A stretch of 64,000 nt of DNA from positions 15,766 through 79,765 of IMG/VR virus record IMGVR_UViG_2609460236_000001. One strand, given 5' to 3'. This DNA is from a virus. Its lineage: Duplodnaviria > Caudoviricetes. Both the position numbers and the translations under genes were made by a program. The notes under the pieces were generated by a model. That model did not search any database. It was not told the DNA's origin and worked only from the letters and a program-made list of their open reading frames with translations. Positions 56,486 to 64,000 of this stretch are shown here, in pieces (position 1 is the stretch's first letter; every line of letters begins with the position of its first letter).

Positions 56486-56898
56486 TGACGACGCGCAACG
56501 GAGACTTCTTCGCGCGCCTCGGCTTCACGACATGGGCGCTTGCGGTCGTCGTGCTTTCGATGTGCCACGGAAGCTCGATCCCAGCCGCGACGATGCAACA
56601 CGGCGGCTGGTTCTTCACTCTCCTTCTGCTGGTTGCCGGCGCGCTCCTGCTGGTCGACATCGTGGTCAATGACTTGATGCCGGACCGATACGTTTTCACG
56701 TGGGGATTGAAGTGGCGTCATTGGGTCTACCCGATGGCGTCCTTCTCGTTTGCGTCTCATCTGTTCGTTGCTGAGCAGGCTTACAAGAGTGTGCAGATCA
56801 GCACACTCGTTCTCTATGGCTCGATGGCTGTGTTTGGCCTGACGCTGAGTTTTCGAAATCTTTTTCACGTACGGGGTCGAGCGTGCAGCGAACGATAA
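56485..56898 (+). CDS. multi-TM membrane protein (holin/antiholin candidate)
   Basis: start MTTRNG (TAATG overlap); about 4 hydrophobic segments. Confidence 0.6.
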   Translation: MTTRNGDFFARLGFTTWALAVVVLSMCHGSSIPAATMQHGGWFFTLLLLVAGALLLVDIVVNDLMPDRYVFTWGLKWRHWVYPMASFSFASHLFVAEQAYKSVQISTLVLYGSMAVFGLTLSFRNLFHVRGRACSER

Positions 56899-57278
56899 AG
56901 GTATGGGCGATGTTTCTCGCCCTCACGTGGTCTCTCGTCACCTACGCGGCTACGCGTAGTGACGTGTCTTTCGGGCGCGATCTGACCAGCATCCCGATCA
57001 TCGCGTACGTGATCACGGTCATCCTCAGCAGCATCGGTGGAGCAGCGTCGACGCTGCAAAAGCTGTCGAACGCCGAGGATCTGTCGCGCTGGAAGCTGCA
57101 CGTCGCGCGCGACATGGTCTCCTCGATCGCAGCCGGCCTGCTGATGTTCTTCATCGCCGAATCGTTCCGCTGGGATTCCGCTCAAGAGGCCGCGGCCATC
57201 ACTGTCGCCGGCTATGGCAGCTCGAAGCTGTTCGACGCGGTCATGACTCGCATTCTGCAAAAGGTGGACACCGCATGA
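56883..57278 (+). CDS. holin candidate
   Basis: hydrophobic segments, position before the spanins. Confidence 0.65.
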   Translation: MQRTIKVWAMFLALTWSLVTYAATRSDVSFGRDLTSIPIIAYVITVILSSIGGAASTLQKLSNAEDLSRWKLHVARDMVSSIAAGLLMFFIAESFRWDSAQEAAAITVAGYGSSKLFDAVMTRILQKVDTA

Positions 57279-57790
57279 AGCTGACCGCCATTGCCGCGCT
57301 CTGCGCCGCTCTCGTGAGCGGCGCTGGCGCGTTCTACTTCACCCGCGACCACTACGTCGCGCTCATAGCCGAGAACGACGATCGACAGCAGAAGGCCCTG
57401 CGTGCCGCTCAAGAGCGAGCGGACGCAGCAGCGGCCTTCGCTACCACGACGTCGAACCTGCTGGTCACGCAGATCTCGACCGACTACGAAAGGAAGCTCA
57501 ACGATGCGAAGTCTCAAGCTGACCGCGATATTGCTGCTGCCCGCGCTGGTGCTCTGCGCCTGCGCGACCGAGCCGCAACCTGTGGCAATCAACCGTCCGA
57601 AAGTGCAACTGGCCCCGGTGCCGGCGTATCTGCTGACACCGGAGGAGCCGAACTTTCGCTGCCGGCTACTGAATTTCTTCTCGGCGAAGCCGGTCGAGCT
57701 GACGAAATCGTGCTCAGACTCAACGCCTGCGAAGCCGTCGTCCGGAGCGACCGAGACGTTCTCGCTCGTCTGAACGTGGGTGAGCAATGA
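57275..57790 (+). CDS. Rz-like inner membrane spanin
   Basis: N-terminal TM, coiled coil, G.LRLR, L...A..AD.....L.AC. Confidence 0.85.
   Translation: MKLTAIAALCAALVSGAGAFYFTRDHYVALIAENDDRQQKALRAAQERADAAAAFATTTSNLLVTQISTDYERKLNDAKSQADRDIAAARAGALRLRDRAATCGNQPSESATGPGAGVSADTGGAELSLPATEFLLGEAGRADEIVLRLNACEAVVRSDRDVLARLNVGEQ
57504..57773 (+). CDS. embedded Rz1-like outer membrane spanin lipoprotein
   Basis: +1 frame inside Rz; AAGGA SD; lipobox LCAC; Pro-rich. Confidence 0.8.
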   Translation: MRSLKLTAILLLPALVLCACATEPQPVAINRPKVQLAPVPAYLLTPEEPNFRCRLLNFFSAKPVELTKSCSDSTPAKPSSGATETFSLV

Positions 57791-58404
57791 TTGCGGCTTC
57801 TCTCCCCCTCGCCCCGACCAATCCGGACGGCCAACCGCTCATCCTGATGATGAGTCCGGTCTATAACAACCTCGGACAGTTGACCCCGATGAAACTGCTT
57901 TACGGCCGTGGAGCGCCGGCCAACAACGTCGGCAACGACGGCGACTCGTACATCAACCTGGACAACAGCTTCATGTTCGGCCCGAAGACGGGCGGCGTCT
58001 GGCCGAGCGGCTACAGCATCAAGGGCGACAAGGGCGACAAAGGCGATACGGGTGACGTCAACAAGACGCCGATTGCGCGCATGAACGTGACCGGCAACGG
58101 TCTTGACCTGGACCTGTCGACCGGAATCGGCTGCTTCAACGCGACGATCAACTCCCCGCAGACGGCAATCACGATCAGCAACCCGGCAACGGATGCGAAC
58201 TTCGTGCGCTCGTTCTCGCTCGTGCTCAAGCAAGGCACCGGCTCGAACAAGGTCAGCACCTGGCCGGCAATCATCAAATGGAACGGTGGCGTCCCGCCCG
58301 TCCTGTCGTACGCGCAAGGCGTGAGCGACGCGTTCATGTTCGAAACCTATGACGGCGGCAAGTCGTACGTAGGCTACTTCGTCGGCAACAACATTCCTGC
58401 GTAA
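57787..58404 (+). CDS. tail accessory protein with short collagen-like repeat
   Basis: GAP....G.DGD.Y motif, KGDKGDKGDTGD, C-terminal WP..IKW.GG..P.LS domain. Confidence 0.65.
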   Translation: MIAASLPLAPTNPDGQPLILMMSPVYNNLGQLTPMKLLYGRGAPANNVGNDGDSYINLDNSFMFGPKTGGVWPSGYSIKGDKGDKGDTGDVNKTPIARMNVTGNGLDLDLSTGIGCFNATINSPQTAITISNPATDANFVRSFSLVLKQGTGSNKVSTWPAIIKWNGGVPPVLSYAQGVSDAFMFETYDGGKSYVGYFVGNNIPA

Positions 58405-61218
58405 ATGAACCGGCTCTACCTGTCCCGTCAGTCCCTCAACCAGCTCGCCGCGAATGCGAACTCGATGCTGGACGGCCTCATGCAGTTCGTCGATCGCCAC
58501 ACGAAAGACGACCCGGACACGGGTCAGGACTACATGATCGTCAACAGCAAGAGCGTGCTCTGCAACAACATGCACTATGAGACGGGGAGCGTCTGGTACA
58601 CCCCGAACGGCACGGCCACGACCGAAGGTCAGGCTCTGTACATCCTTGGCCTCTACTACGCATGGAAAGGCACCGGCAAGCGCTCCTACCTCGACCGCGC
58701 CGTGCGCGCGATCGACGCCTACCTGGACCTGTTCTACGCCGGCCAGCCGACGCCGACCACGCCACAGATCTACCGCGCGAACTGGATCATCAACGGCAAG
58801 CGCCCATTTCAGGCGTTTGGTCCTCTGGACCCGAACAACCCGGACAGCCCTGGCGGCAAGGGTATCAAGGTGCAGTTCACGAATGGGGTGGGCCAGATCC
58901 CGACCGGTGATCCGTACAACGGCCAGCTCGTTACGCGCCTGTATTCGGTCTACAACGGGAAGCTCTCGTACGACTCCGTGCGCTCGGGCGTCAACGCAGG
59001 CGGCACGGTCTACCCGTTCGCTTCGTATGTGACTTACGACGGCGTGCGCCACAACGCAGATCAGGACGCGATCGACCCGAACGGCGACACACCGGGAACG
59101 ATCCGCCTCGTCGACACGACGTTCACCGGCACGGCGCTGGTGAACTACGCGAACATGACCGGCCCGATGATCGGCCGCAACCAGCCGTTCGATGTCTGGC
59201 CGATCTGGATGGCGTTGTCTCCCGACCAGTGGGGCAACTCGATCGACTCGGAGCAGTGGTTCGCCGAGGCCTGCTACTTGATGTTCCAGGAGACTGGCAA
59301 CCCGCGCTACTTCAACGCGTTCAATGCCTCAATCTACACCATCAACGACGCGACCGACCTTCAAGCCGACGGCTTCTATTTTCGGCAGGACACGAAGGCT
59401 GCTGACCCTTTCAACGTGGGCATCGCGTACGACTGGGAATACCTCGGCGACGCGAAGGCGACGCTTAACCGCGACAGCAGCGGCTACATCCACGTGTCGA
59501 AGACCGCTGAATCGAACGTCAACAAGGAGAGCACGGTCGCGCTCGAACAAATCGCGGTCTACACTCGCATCGACTCCAGCAAGACAGCGATGGTCAACAC
59601 CATCGGCATCAACACGCCGAAGGCGCGCATCGAGTTCCTGACGCGGATGAAGACCGACCTCCTGAGCGACGGCCGGCAGTATCGCTATGCCCTGCCCTCG
59701 AACGGTAGCGTGACGCCGACGCCGATGGTGGTCCCGTTCGGCCAGATGGTCACGGCCACGCAATCGGACGGCCAGCAGCACGCCATGCTCGACGGTTCGA
59801 GCTTCGTGCCGTACGGCAACGCCGGCTACACCACCACGTACGAGGGCGGCATCCTCGGCGACCCTGGCCGCGCTGACTGGATCGGCACGGCCAACATCAA
59901 TGACGGCACTTCTGGTGTCGTCGCCGGTTTCTGGCTCGCAACACCGACCACCCGCGCCCTCACGTCATTGACATACCGCGTGAACAACGGCGAGATCTGG
60001 TTGAAGGTCACGGACGCGCTTGGCAACAAGTATCAGCGCGTGCTGCCCTCCGGTGGCTGGACCACGCTGCCGCTGAGCTGGTCCGACTTCACGCTCGTGC
60101 CGAATCAGGCGGCAGGCACGCCGGCCGCACCGACGCCGAATGGCGCGATGACGCAGATCGAATTCATCACGAACAACGGCCAAGGTGGTTCGATCTCGAC
60201 GTACTGCTGGGGCGAGATCCCGCAGAAACTCGTGTCGGTCAACGACTACTCGACCGAGTGGTTCATCCATGTCAAATGCCAGCCGGCAATGGAGATGGCC
60301 GTGGGGGACGTGTATGCGTCCAACCCTGCTCCGCTCGCGTTGAAATACACACCTGGAGTGCTTCCCTTCACGACGAAGTATTCGGTCTCGCGCGCACGGA
60401 AGGATTACTGGCGGGGAACACCGTACACCGGCTACCAGTATGGGCCGATGTGGGTACTCTCGGGCAAAACCCAGTATTACACCAACTGCATCGCCTTCTA
60501 CCACGACGCGCAAGAAGCATACGCGAAGAAGATCGGTGTCATGGGTCCGGTTGCGCCGCTCTATGTGTGGCCGCGCTACGACCAGCTCGATCAAGGCCCC
60601 ATCGACACGTTCGCTTGGGGAACGGACAAACCGTACCCGTGGGCGGGATACAACGCGCGCGCTTTCTTCGCAGGTTGCCGGATGTGGCAGTTGCTCGTGC
60701 AGCAAGGCTTCCCTGTCGATACCCGGCTCATCACGTTTTGCGAGCGCTACGCGAAGTATCTGGCTGACTTCCAGGATGCAAACGACAACCTGACACCGAC
60801 CGAATTTCCACCCGACAAGCCGGCGTTCAACGATGACTACGACCACACTGGCCATATGACGGCGCTGTATATGGCAGGTGCCGTCTGTATGAAGTTTGCC
60901 GGTTCGAAGTCCACCTACGTCGATCGCGTGATCAACGGCTGCATGGTCGAATTCACGCGCACGCAGGTGATCGAAGACCCGGCTGGTCCCTACTCCGACA
61001 TGAGCGGTGCGTATTCAAGCTGGTCGCACGGCCACTACTTCTACGGATTTTGGGCGGGCGAGATCATGCGCGCGCTAGGACTCTTGATGATGTGGAATCT
61101 GCGCAATCAGCAAGGTGCAGGCATTCAAATCGAGGAATCCAACATCCTGCTTGAAAACGCATCCGGACATATCGCCGCAGAAGACGGCACCTTGATCAAA
61201 ACAGAGACCTCCCTATGA
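58405..61218 (+). CDS. large glycoside hydrolase-like protein (GH8-like alpha/alpha barrel with inserted beta domains), putative virion depolymerase
   Basis: ATTEGQ (58615-58632) and IDSEQW resemble GH8 catalytic segments; aromatic-rich; flanked by fibre genes. Confidence 0.55.
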   Translation: MNRLYLSRQSLNQLAANANSMLDGLMQFVDRHTKDDPDTGQDYMIVNSKSVLCNNMHYETGSVWYTPNGTATTEGQALYILGLYYAWKGTGKRSYLDRAVRAIDAYLDLFYAGQPTPTTPQIYRANWIINGKRPFQAFGPLDPNNPDSPGGKGIKVQFTNGVGQIPTGDPYNGQLVTRLYSVYNGKLSYDSVRSGVNAGGTVYPFASYVTYDGVRHNADQDAIDPNGDTPGTIRLVDTTFTGTALVNYANMTGPMIGRNQPFDVWPIWMALSPDQWGNSIDSEQWFAEACYLMFQETGNPRYFNAFNASIYTINDATDLQADGFYFRQDTKAADPFNVGIAYDWEYLGDAKATLNRDSSGYIHVSKTAESNVNKESTVALEQIAVYTRIDSSKTAMVNTIGINTPKARIEFLTRMKTDLLSDGRQYRYALPSNGSVTPTPMVVPFGQMVTATQSDGQQHAMLDGSSFVPYGNAGYTTTYEGGILGDPGRADWIGTANINDGTSGVVAGFWLATPTTRALTSLTYRVNNGEIWLKVTDALGNKYQRVLPSGGWTTLPLSWSDFTLVPNQAAGTPAAPTPNGAMTQIEFITNNGQGGSISTYCWGEIPQKLVSVNDYSTEWFIHVKCQPAMEMAVGDVYASNPAPLALKYTPGVLPFTTKYSVSRARKDYWRGTPYTGYQYGPMWVLSGKTQYYTNCIAFYHDAQEAYAKKIGVMGPVAPLYVWPRYDQLDQGPIDTFAWGTDKPYPWAGYNARAFFAGCRMWQLLVQQGFPVDTRLITFCERYAKYLADFQDANDNLTPTEFPPDKPAFNDDYDHTGHMTALYMAGAVCMKFAGSKSTYVDRVINGCMVEFTRTQVIEDPAGPYSDMSGAYSSWSHGHYFYGFWAGEIMRALGLLMMWNLRNQQGAGIQIEESNILLENASGHIAAEDGTLIKTETSL

Positions 61219-62333
61219 GCGACATGAAAATCTCGGAGTTCAACGAACTCCAGAATCCAGTTGATGATGCAATGCTCGCGGGAGCATATGGCGGCAACAA
61301 CTTCAAGTTGAAGCTTTCGACACTGCGCGCGTGGTTCGGCATCGTGACGCAAAAAGCAGCTGGCTTCATGGGTGCCGACGATAAGACCAAGCTCGACGGC
61401 ATTGCATCACAAGCAACAAAGAACAGTGCGGACGCGACTCTGCTCAACCGTCAGAACCATACTGGCCAACAAGACGCGAGCACAGTGACAGGCCTCGCAA
61501 AAGTGGCAACGAGCGGCAGCTACAAGGACCTGAAAGACGCCCCGTCCAGTGGCATCCCTGTCGCAACGAGCACGCAGCTTGGTGGCGTGAAGCTCGGCCC
61601 CGGCCAGACCACGGATGGCGATGGCACTCTGCGGATCTCGCGCTTCGCCGAGCGTGCAGCATTCGATCCGGTGATGAAGGCCGGTACTGTCGCGCTCTCG
61701 AACAACAACCTGACCGCTACCATCCCTGGCGGTAAGCAAGTCGTAGCGCTTGGAACGACCGGCATGAAAGCTGGAAAGTGGTACTTCGAAACCACGTTCG
61801 TCTCCGGCACGTCCAGCGGGAACGCCGCGGTCGGGGTATGCCCGCGTAACGAAGCGATGGACGCTCAGGTCGGATATAACGACGGCCAGGGGACGATTGG
61901 GAAATTCCAGTCGAGCGGCAACGTGTATCGAGACGGCGGCACGAACTCTGGCTCGGGTGCGGCATTCAATGTTGCCGGCGACACGGTTGGCCTAGCGATC
62001 GACGCGACATCGCGCACGGCATGGTTCCGCGTCAACGGTGGCGTCTGGAACGGTAGCGCTTCGAACGACCCGGCGACTGGTGTGGGTGGTTACCCCATCG
62101 GCGGCACGTTCCCGCTCTTCCCCGCCATCTGTTCCGATGTTGCGTCGGTCTGGACCGTGAATTTCACCGGACCATTTGCAGCAGCTTCCCCGACTGGATT
62201 CATCCCGTGGTCGCAAGGCAGCTTGCAGCTCTCACTCGGGGATTGCGCAGACGTCGACCTGACCGGTGCGAAGGCTGGCGACACTCTGAAGCTCTCAACT
62301 ACCGGTGTCTGGAAGCCATCCTCGGTTGCGTGA
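61215..62333 (+). CDS. tail fibre-like protein with SPRY/B30.2-like domain
   Basis: AGFM...DK.KLDGI, NHTG.Q.AS, LAKVATSGSY.DL fibre motifs; LSNNNLTA, GKWYFE, GDTVGLAID, WFRVNG. Confidence 0.75.
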   Translation: MSDMKISEFNELQNPVDDAMLAGAYGGNNFKLKLSTLRAWFGIVTQKAAGFMGADDKTKLDGIASQATKNSADATLLNRQNHTGQQDASTVTGLAKVATSGSYKDLKDAPSSGIPVATSTQLGGVKLGPGQTTDGDGTLRISRFAERAAFDPVMKAGTVALSNNNLTATIPGGKQVVALGTTGMKAGKWYFETTFVSGTSSGNAAVGVCPRNEAMDAQVGYNDGQGTIGKFQSSGNVYRDGGTNSGSGAAFNVAGDTVGLAIDATSRTAWFRVNGGVWNGSASNDPATGVGGYPIGGTFPLFPAICSDVASVWTVNFTGPFAAASPTGFIPWSQGSLQLSLGDCADVDLTGAKAGDTLKLSTTGVWKPSSVA

Positions 62334-62457
62334 GATTCCCTGGCCCCGCCACAAGATCAACCGATTCTCGAAAAGGATGATATAGCGCCCCTCGGTAATA
62401 TTGAGATAAATTACGCAGCCACGCGAATAAGATTGGGTTTTCTGAGAGGGCCAAACA

Positions 62458-63030
62458 ATGAAAAGAAGAATCGCGTCTGTGGGCGATACTCTATCCAGTG
62501 GCGGCACCGTTCTACCAGCGGGCGGGCCGCCTATGACCTTCATGGGCCACCAAGTTGCCCTGATTGGAGGTCAGGCGTTTTGTACAGCATGTAAGAGCAA
62601 CGGCGTCATTGCTAAGTCCGGGGGACCCTACCGCATACAGTTCATAGCGGAGATTGCCTTGGACGGCGACATTGTGATGTGCAAATGTCCGCGCCCTCCG
62701 CGCATTATTGCAGCGCTCAGTGGCGAGTCATGGTGCGACGATGACTTAGGCGGTAGCGGCCAGCAAAGCTCGTCTGGTTTCGCCGCTGCCGGCGTTGCCG
62801 CTGCCGGGGCTGTCGCGTCAACTTTGACCAAGGCCTACGACGAGCAAGTGAAGGTGACCGCTGATGGTCCGGAGGGATACCCGTACTACGTCGAAACAAC
62901 GGATGGTCGGGTGTTCCAGGGAAAACTCGACGCAAGCGGCATGCTACCGCGCATCCATACCGGCCATAACCCCGATGACTACACGGTCTATTGGGGAGAC
63001 GACGCAATCGCTAAGCAAAACGAGGCTTAA
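62458..63030 (+). CDS. PAAR-domain protein with C-terminal extension
   Basis: VGD..SSGG.V, VAL.G..AFC.ACK..G.I, ALDGD.VMCKC..PP.IIA. Confidence 0.85.
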   Translation: MKRRIASVGDTLSSGGTVLPAGGPPMTFMGHQVALIGGQAFCTACKSNGVIAKSGGPYRIQFIAEIALDGDIVMCKCPRPPRIIAALSGESWCDDDLGGSGQQSSSGFAAAGVAAAGAVASTLTKAYDEQVKVTADGPEGYPYYVETTDGRVFQGKLDASGMLPRIHTGHNPDDYTVYWGDDAIAKQNEA

Positions 63031-63032
63031 CA

Positions 63033-63668
63033 ATGCCGAACAAACCGCTCAAGGTTCGCTCGAACAATACGCGTGATTCAGTCAAACCGGTTCAGCTGAA
63101 ATCGATCACGTTTCAAGAGCTTTGGAACGCCTATCCAAGCAAGGACCCGTACGACGATAAGACAGGTCAATACGAGAACCAGTGTGCGATCCGCATGAGC
63201 GTAACCTTTCACAACATCGGAAGCGATATGAAGTCGTTTTCACAGAAGGTCGTGAAACCCATGCCTGGAAAGAGAGAACTGGGCCGTCTCATGCTAAACA
63301 ACAAGCCTACGGCAACTCGTGCTTATGAGCTTGCAGAGTGGTTGAAACTGCAACCGTTCTTGGGACTCGGAAAACCAGAGAACATCACTGGCGCGGATTG
63401 GCAGAGCAAGGTAAAAGGTCGGACGGGCATCATCTACTTTTTCGGATACTGGCGACAAGAAGGTGATTCCTCGGACAGCACCCTTACAGGCGGGCACATC
63501 GACCTGTGGAACAAGGACACGTTGACCCCCAACTGGGCATCGTTTCTGCGGTTCCGCGTTGGCATGTCCTCATTGCCGAACCCGTTGTCATGGTTTCGAG
63601 GTCGAACAGACAACGCGTTCTCCGATCTCGCCAATTCGAAAGAAATCCTATTTTGGGAAGTGAAATGA
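63033..63668 (+). CDS. T6SS amidase effector Tae4-like protein
   Basis: NQCAIRMS (Cys 63183), GRTGIIYF, GGHIDLWN (His 63495). Confidence 0.8.
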   Translation: MPNKPLKVRSNNTRDSVKPVQLKSITFQELWNAYPSKDPYDDKTGQYENQCAIRMSVTFHNIGSDMKSFSQKVVKPMPGKRELGRLMLNNKPTATRAYELAEWLKLQPFLGLGKPENITGADWQSKVKGRTGIIYFFGYWRQEGDSSDSTLTGGHIDLWNKDTLTPNWASFLRFRVGMSSLPNPLSWFRGRTDNAFSDLANSKEILFWEVK

Positions 63669-64000
63669 AGCGTACAGGGTTTGCGTTGTTGGGGTTCGTG
63701 TGGGGTTTGCTGGTCACATGGGCATCAGGCTACACATTCAGCCATATGCACTGGCCCACGCCTCCCTCACATTCCACGGGCTGCAACGATCTTGAGCATT
63801 GCGGCTCTCATGCAGCCTTTTTCTTGGTAACACTGGGACTGCTGATTTGGCCCGCCATCGTATTCTGCGTTCTGAATACGGTTGCATATAAGCGGTGGTC
63901 GAATCGGAAATGGGGCACCGTCTTTGCCGTTGTGACGCTTCTCGTCGTGTTGTTCTATTTGGCCACGTACGCTGTACCTGCGTTGGGCCTCTTCGGCTGA
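63665..64000 (+). CDS. 3-TM membrane protein, candidate immunity protein
   Basis: start MKRTGF with ATGA overlap to the effector; three hydrophobic segments, Cys pair in the loop. Confidence 0.55.
   Translation: MKRTGFALLGFVWGLLVTWASGYTFSHMHWPTPPSHSTGCNDLEHCGSHAAFFLVTLGLLIWPAIVFCVLNTVAYKRWSNRKWGTVFAVVTLLVVLFYLATYAVPALGLFG

Noticed and set aside
1-64000. tRNA, rRNA, integrase, att sites, IS elements
   Set aside because: None recognised by eye; lifestyle and genome ends cannot be determined from this window

Overview
The window is most of a GC-rich tailed phage genome (siphovirus-like, lambda-type tail tip). It is either a free phage or a prophage; no integrase or att site is visible. Positions 1-24.1 kb are a leftward arm: a 5'-3' exonuclease (cut by the window edge), a putative SSB, an SF2 helicase, HTH and KTSC proteins, a duplicated His-Me finger protein, a TOPRIM protein and about 40 small early genes. 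Next come an HNH-AP2 endonuclease and a leftward prim-pol/SF3 primase-helicase. The rightward late arm runs terminase, portal, protease/scaffold, capsid, neck, tail, tape measure with a transglycosylase domain, and tail tip M/L/K/I/J. It continues through a lysis cassette, a second tail-accessory module (GH8-like protein, SPRY fibre) and a PAAR-Tae4-like amidase-membrane protein cassette. Three things stand out. (1) A self-contained four-gene unit at 51.9-55.9 kb encodes a tail fibre ending in NCNCNCACT fused to a cleavage-only Hint domain, translationally coupled to a radical SAM/SPASM enzyme. This is a candidate RiPP-like maturation system acting on a virion protein. (2) A strand-oriented (A/C)CACCAC motif lies near about 20 translation starts, often in hairpin loops, with a complementary GUGGUG-loop hairpin in the first early transcript. 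(3) A palindromic GGTTCAA(C/G)TTG(A/C)AC element recurs at gene junctions of the early arm. All calls come from motif reading by eye; no database searches were run.
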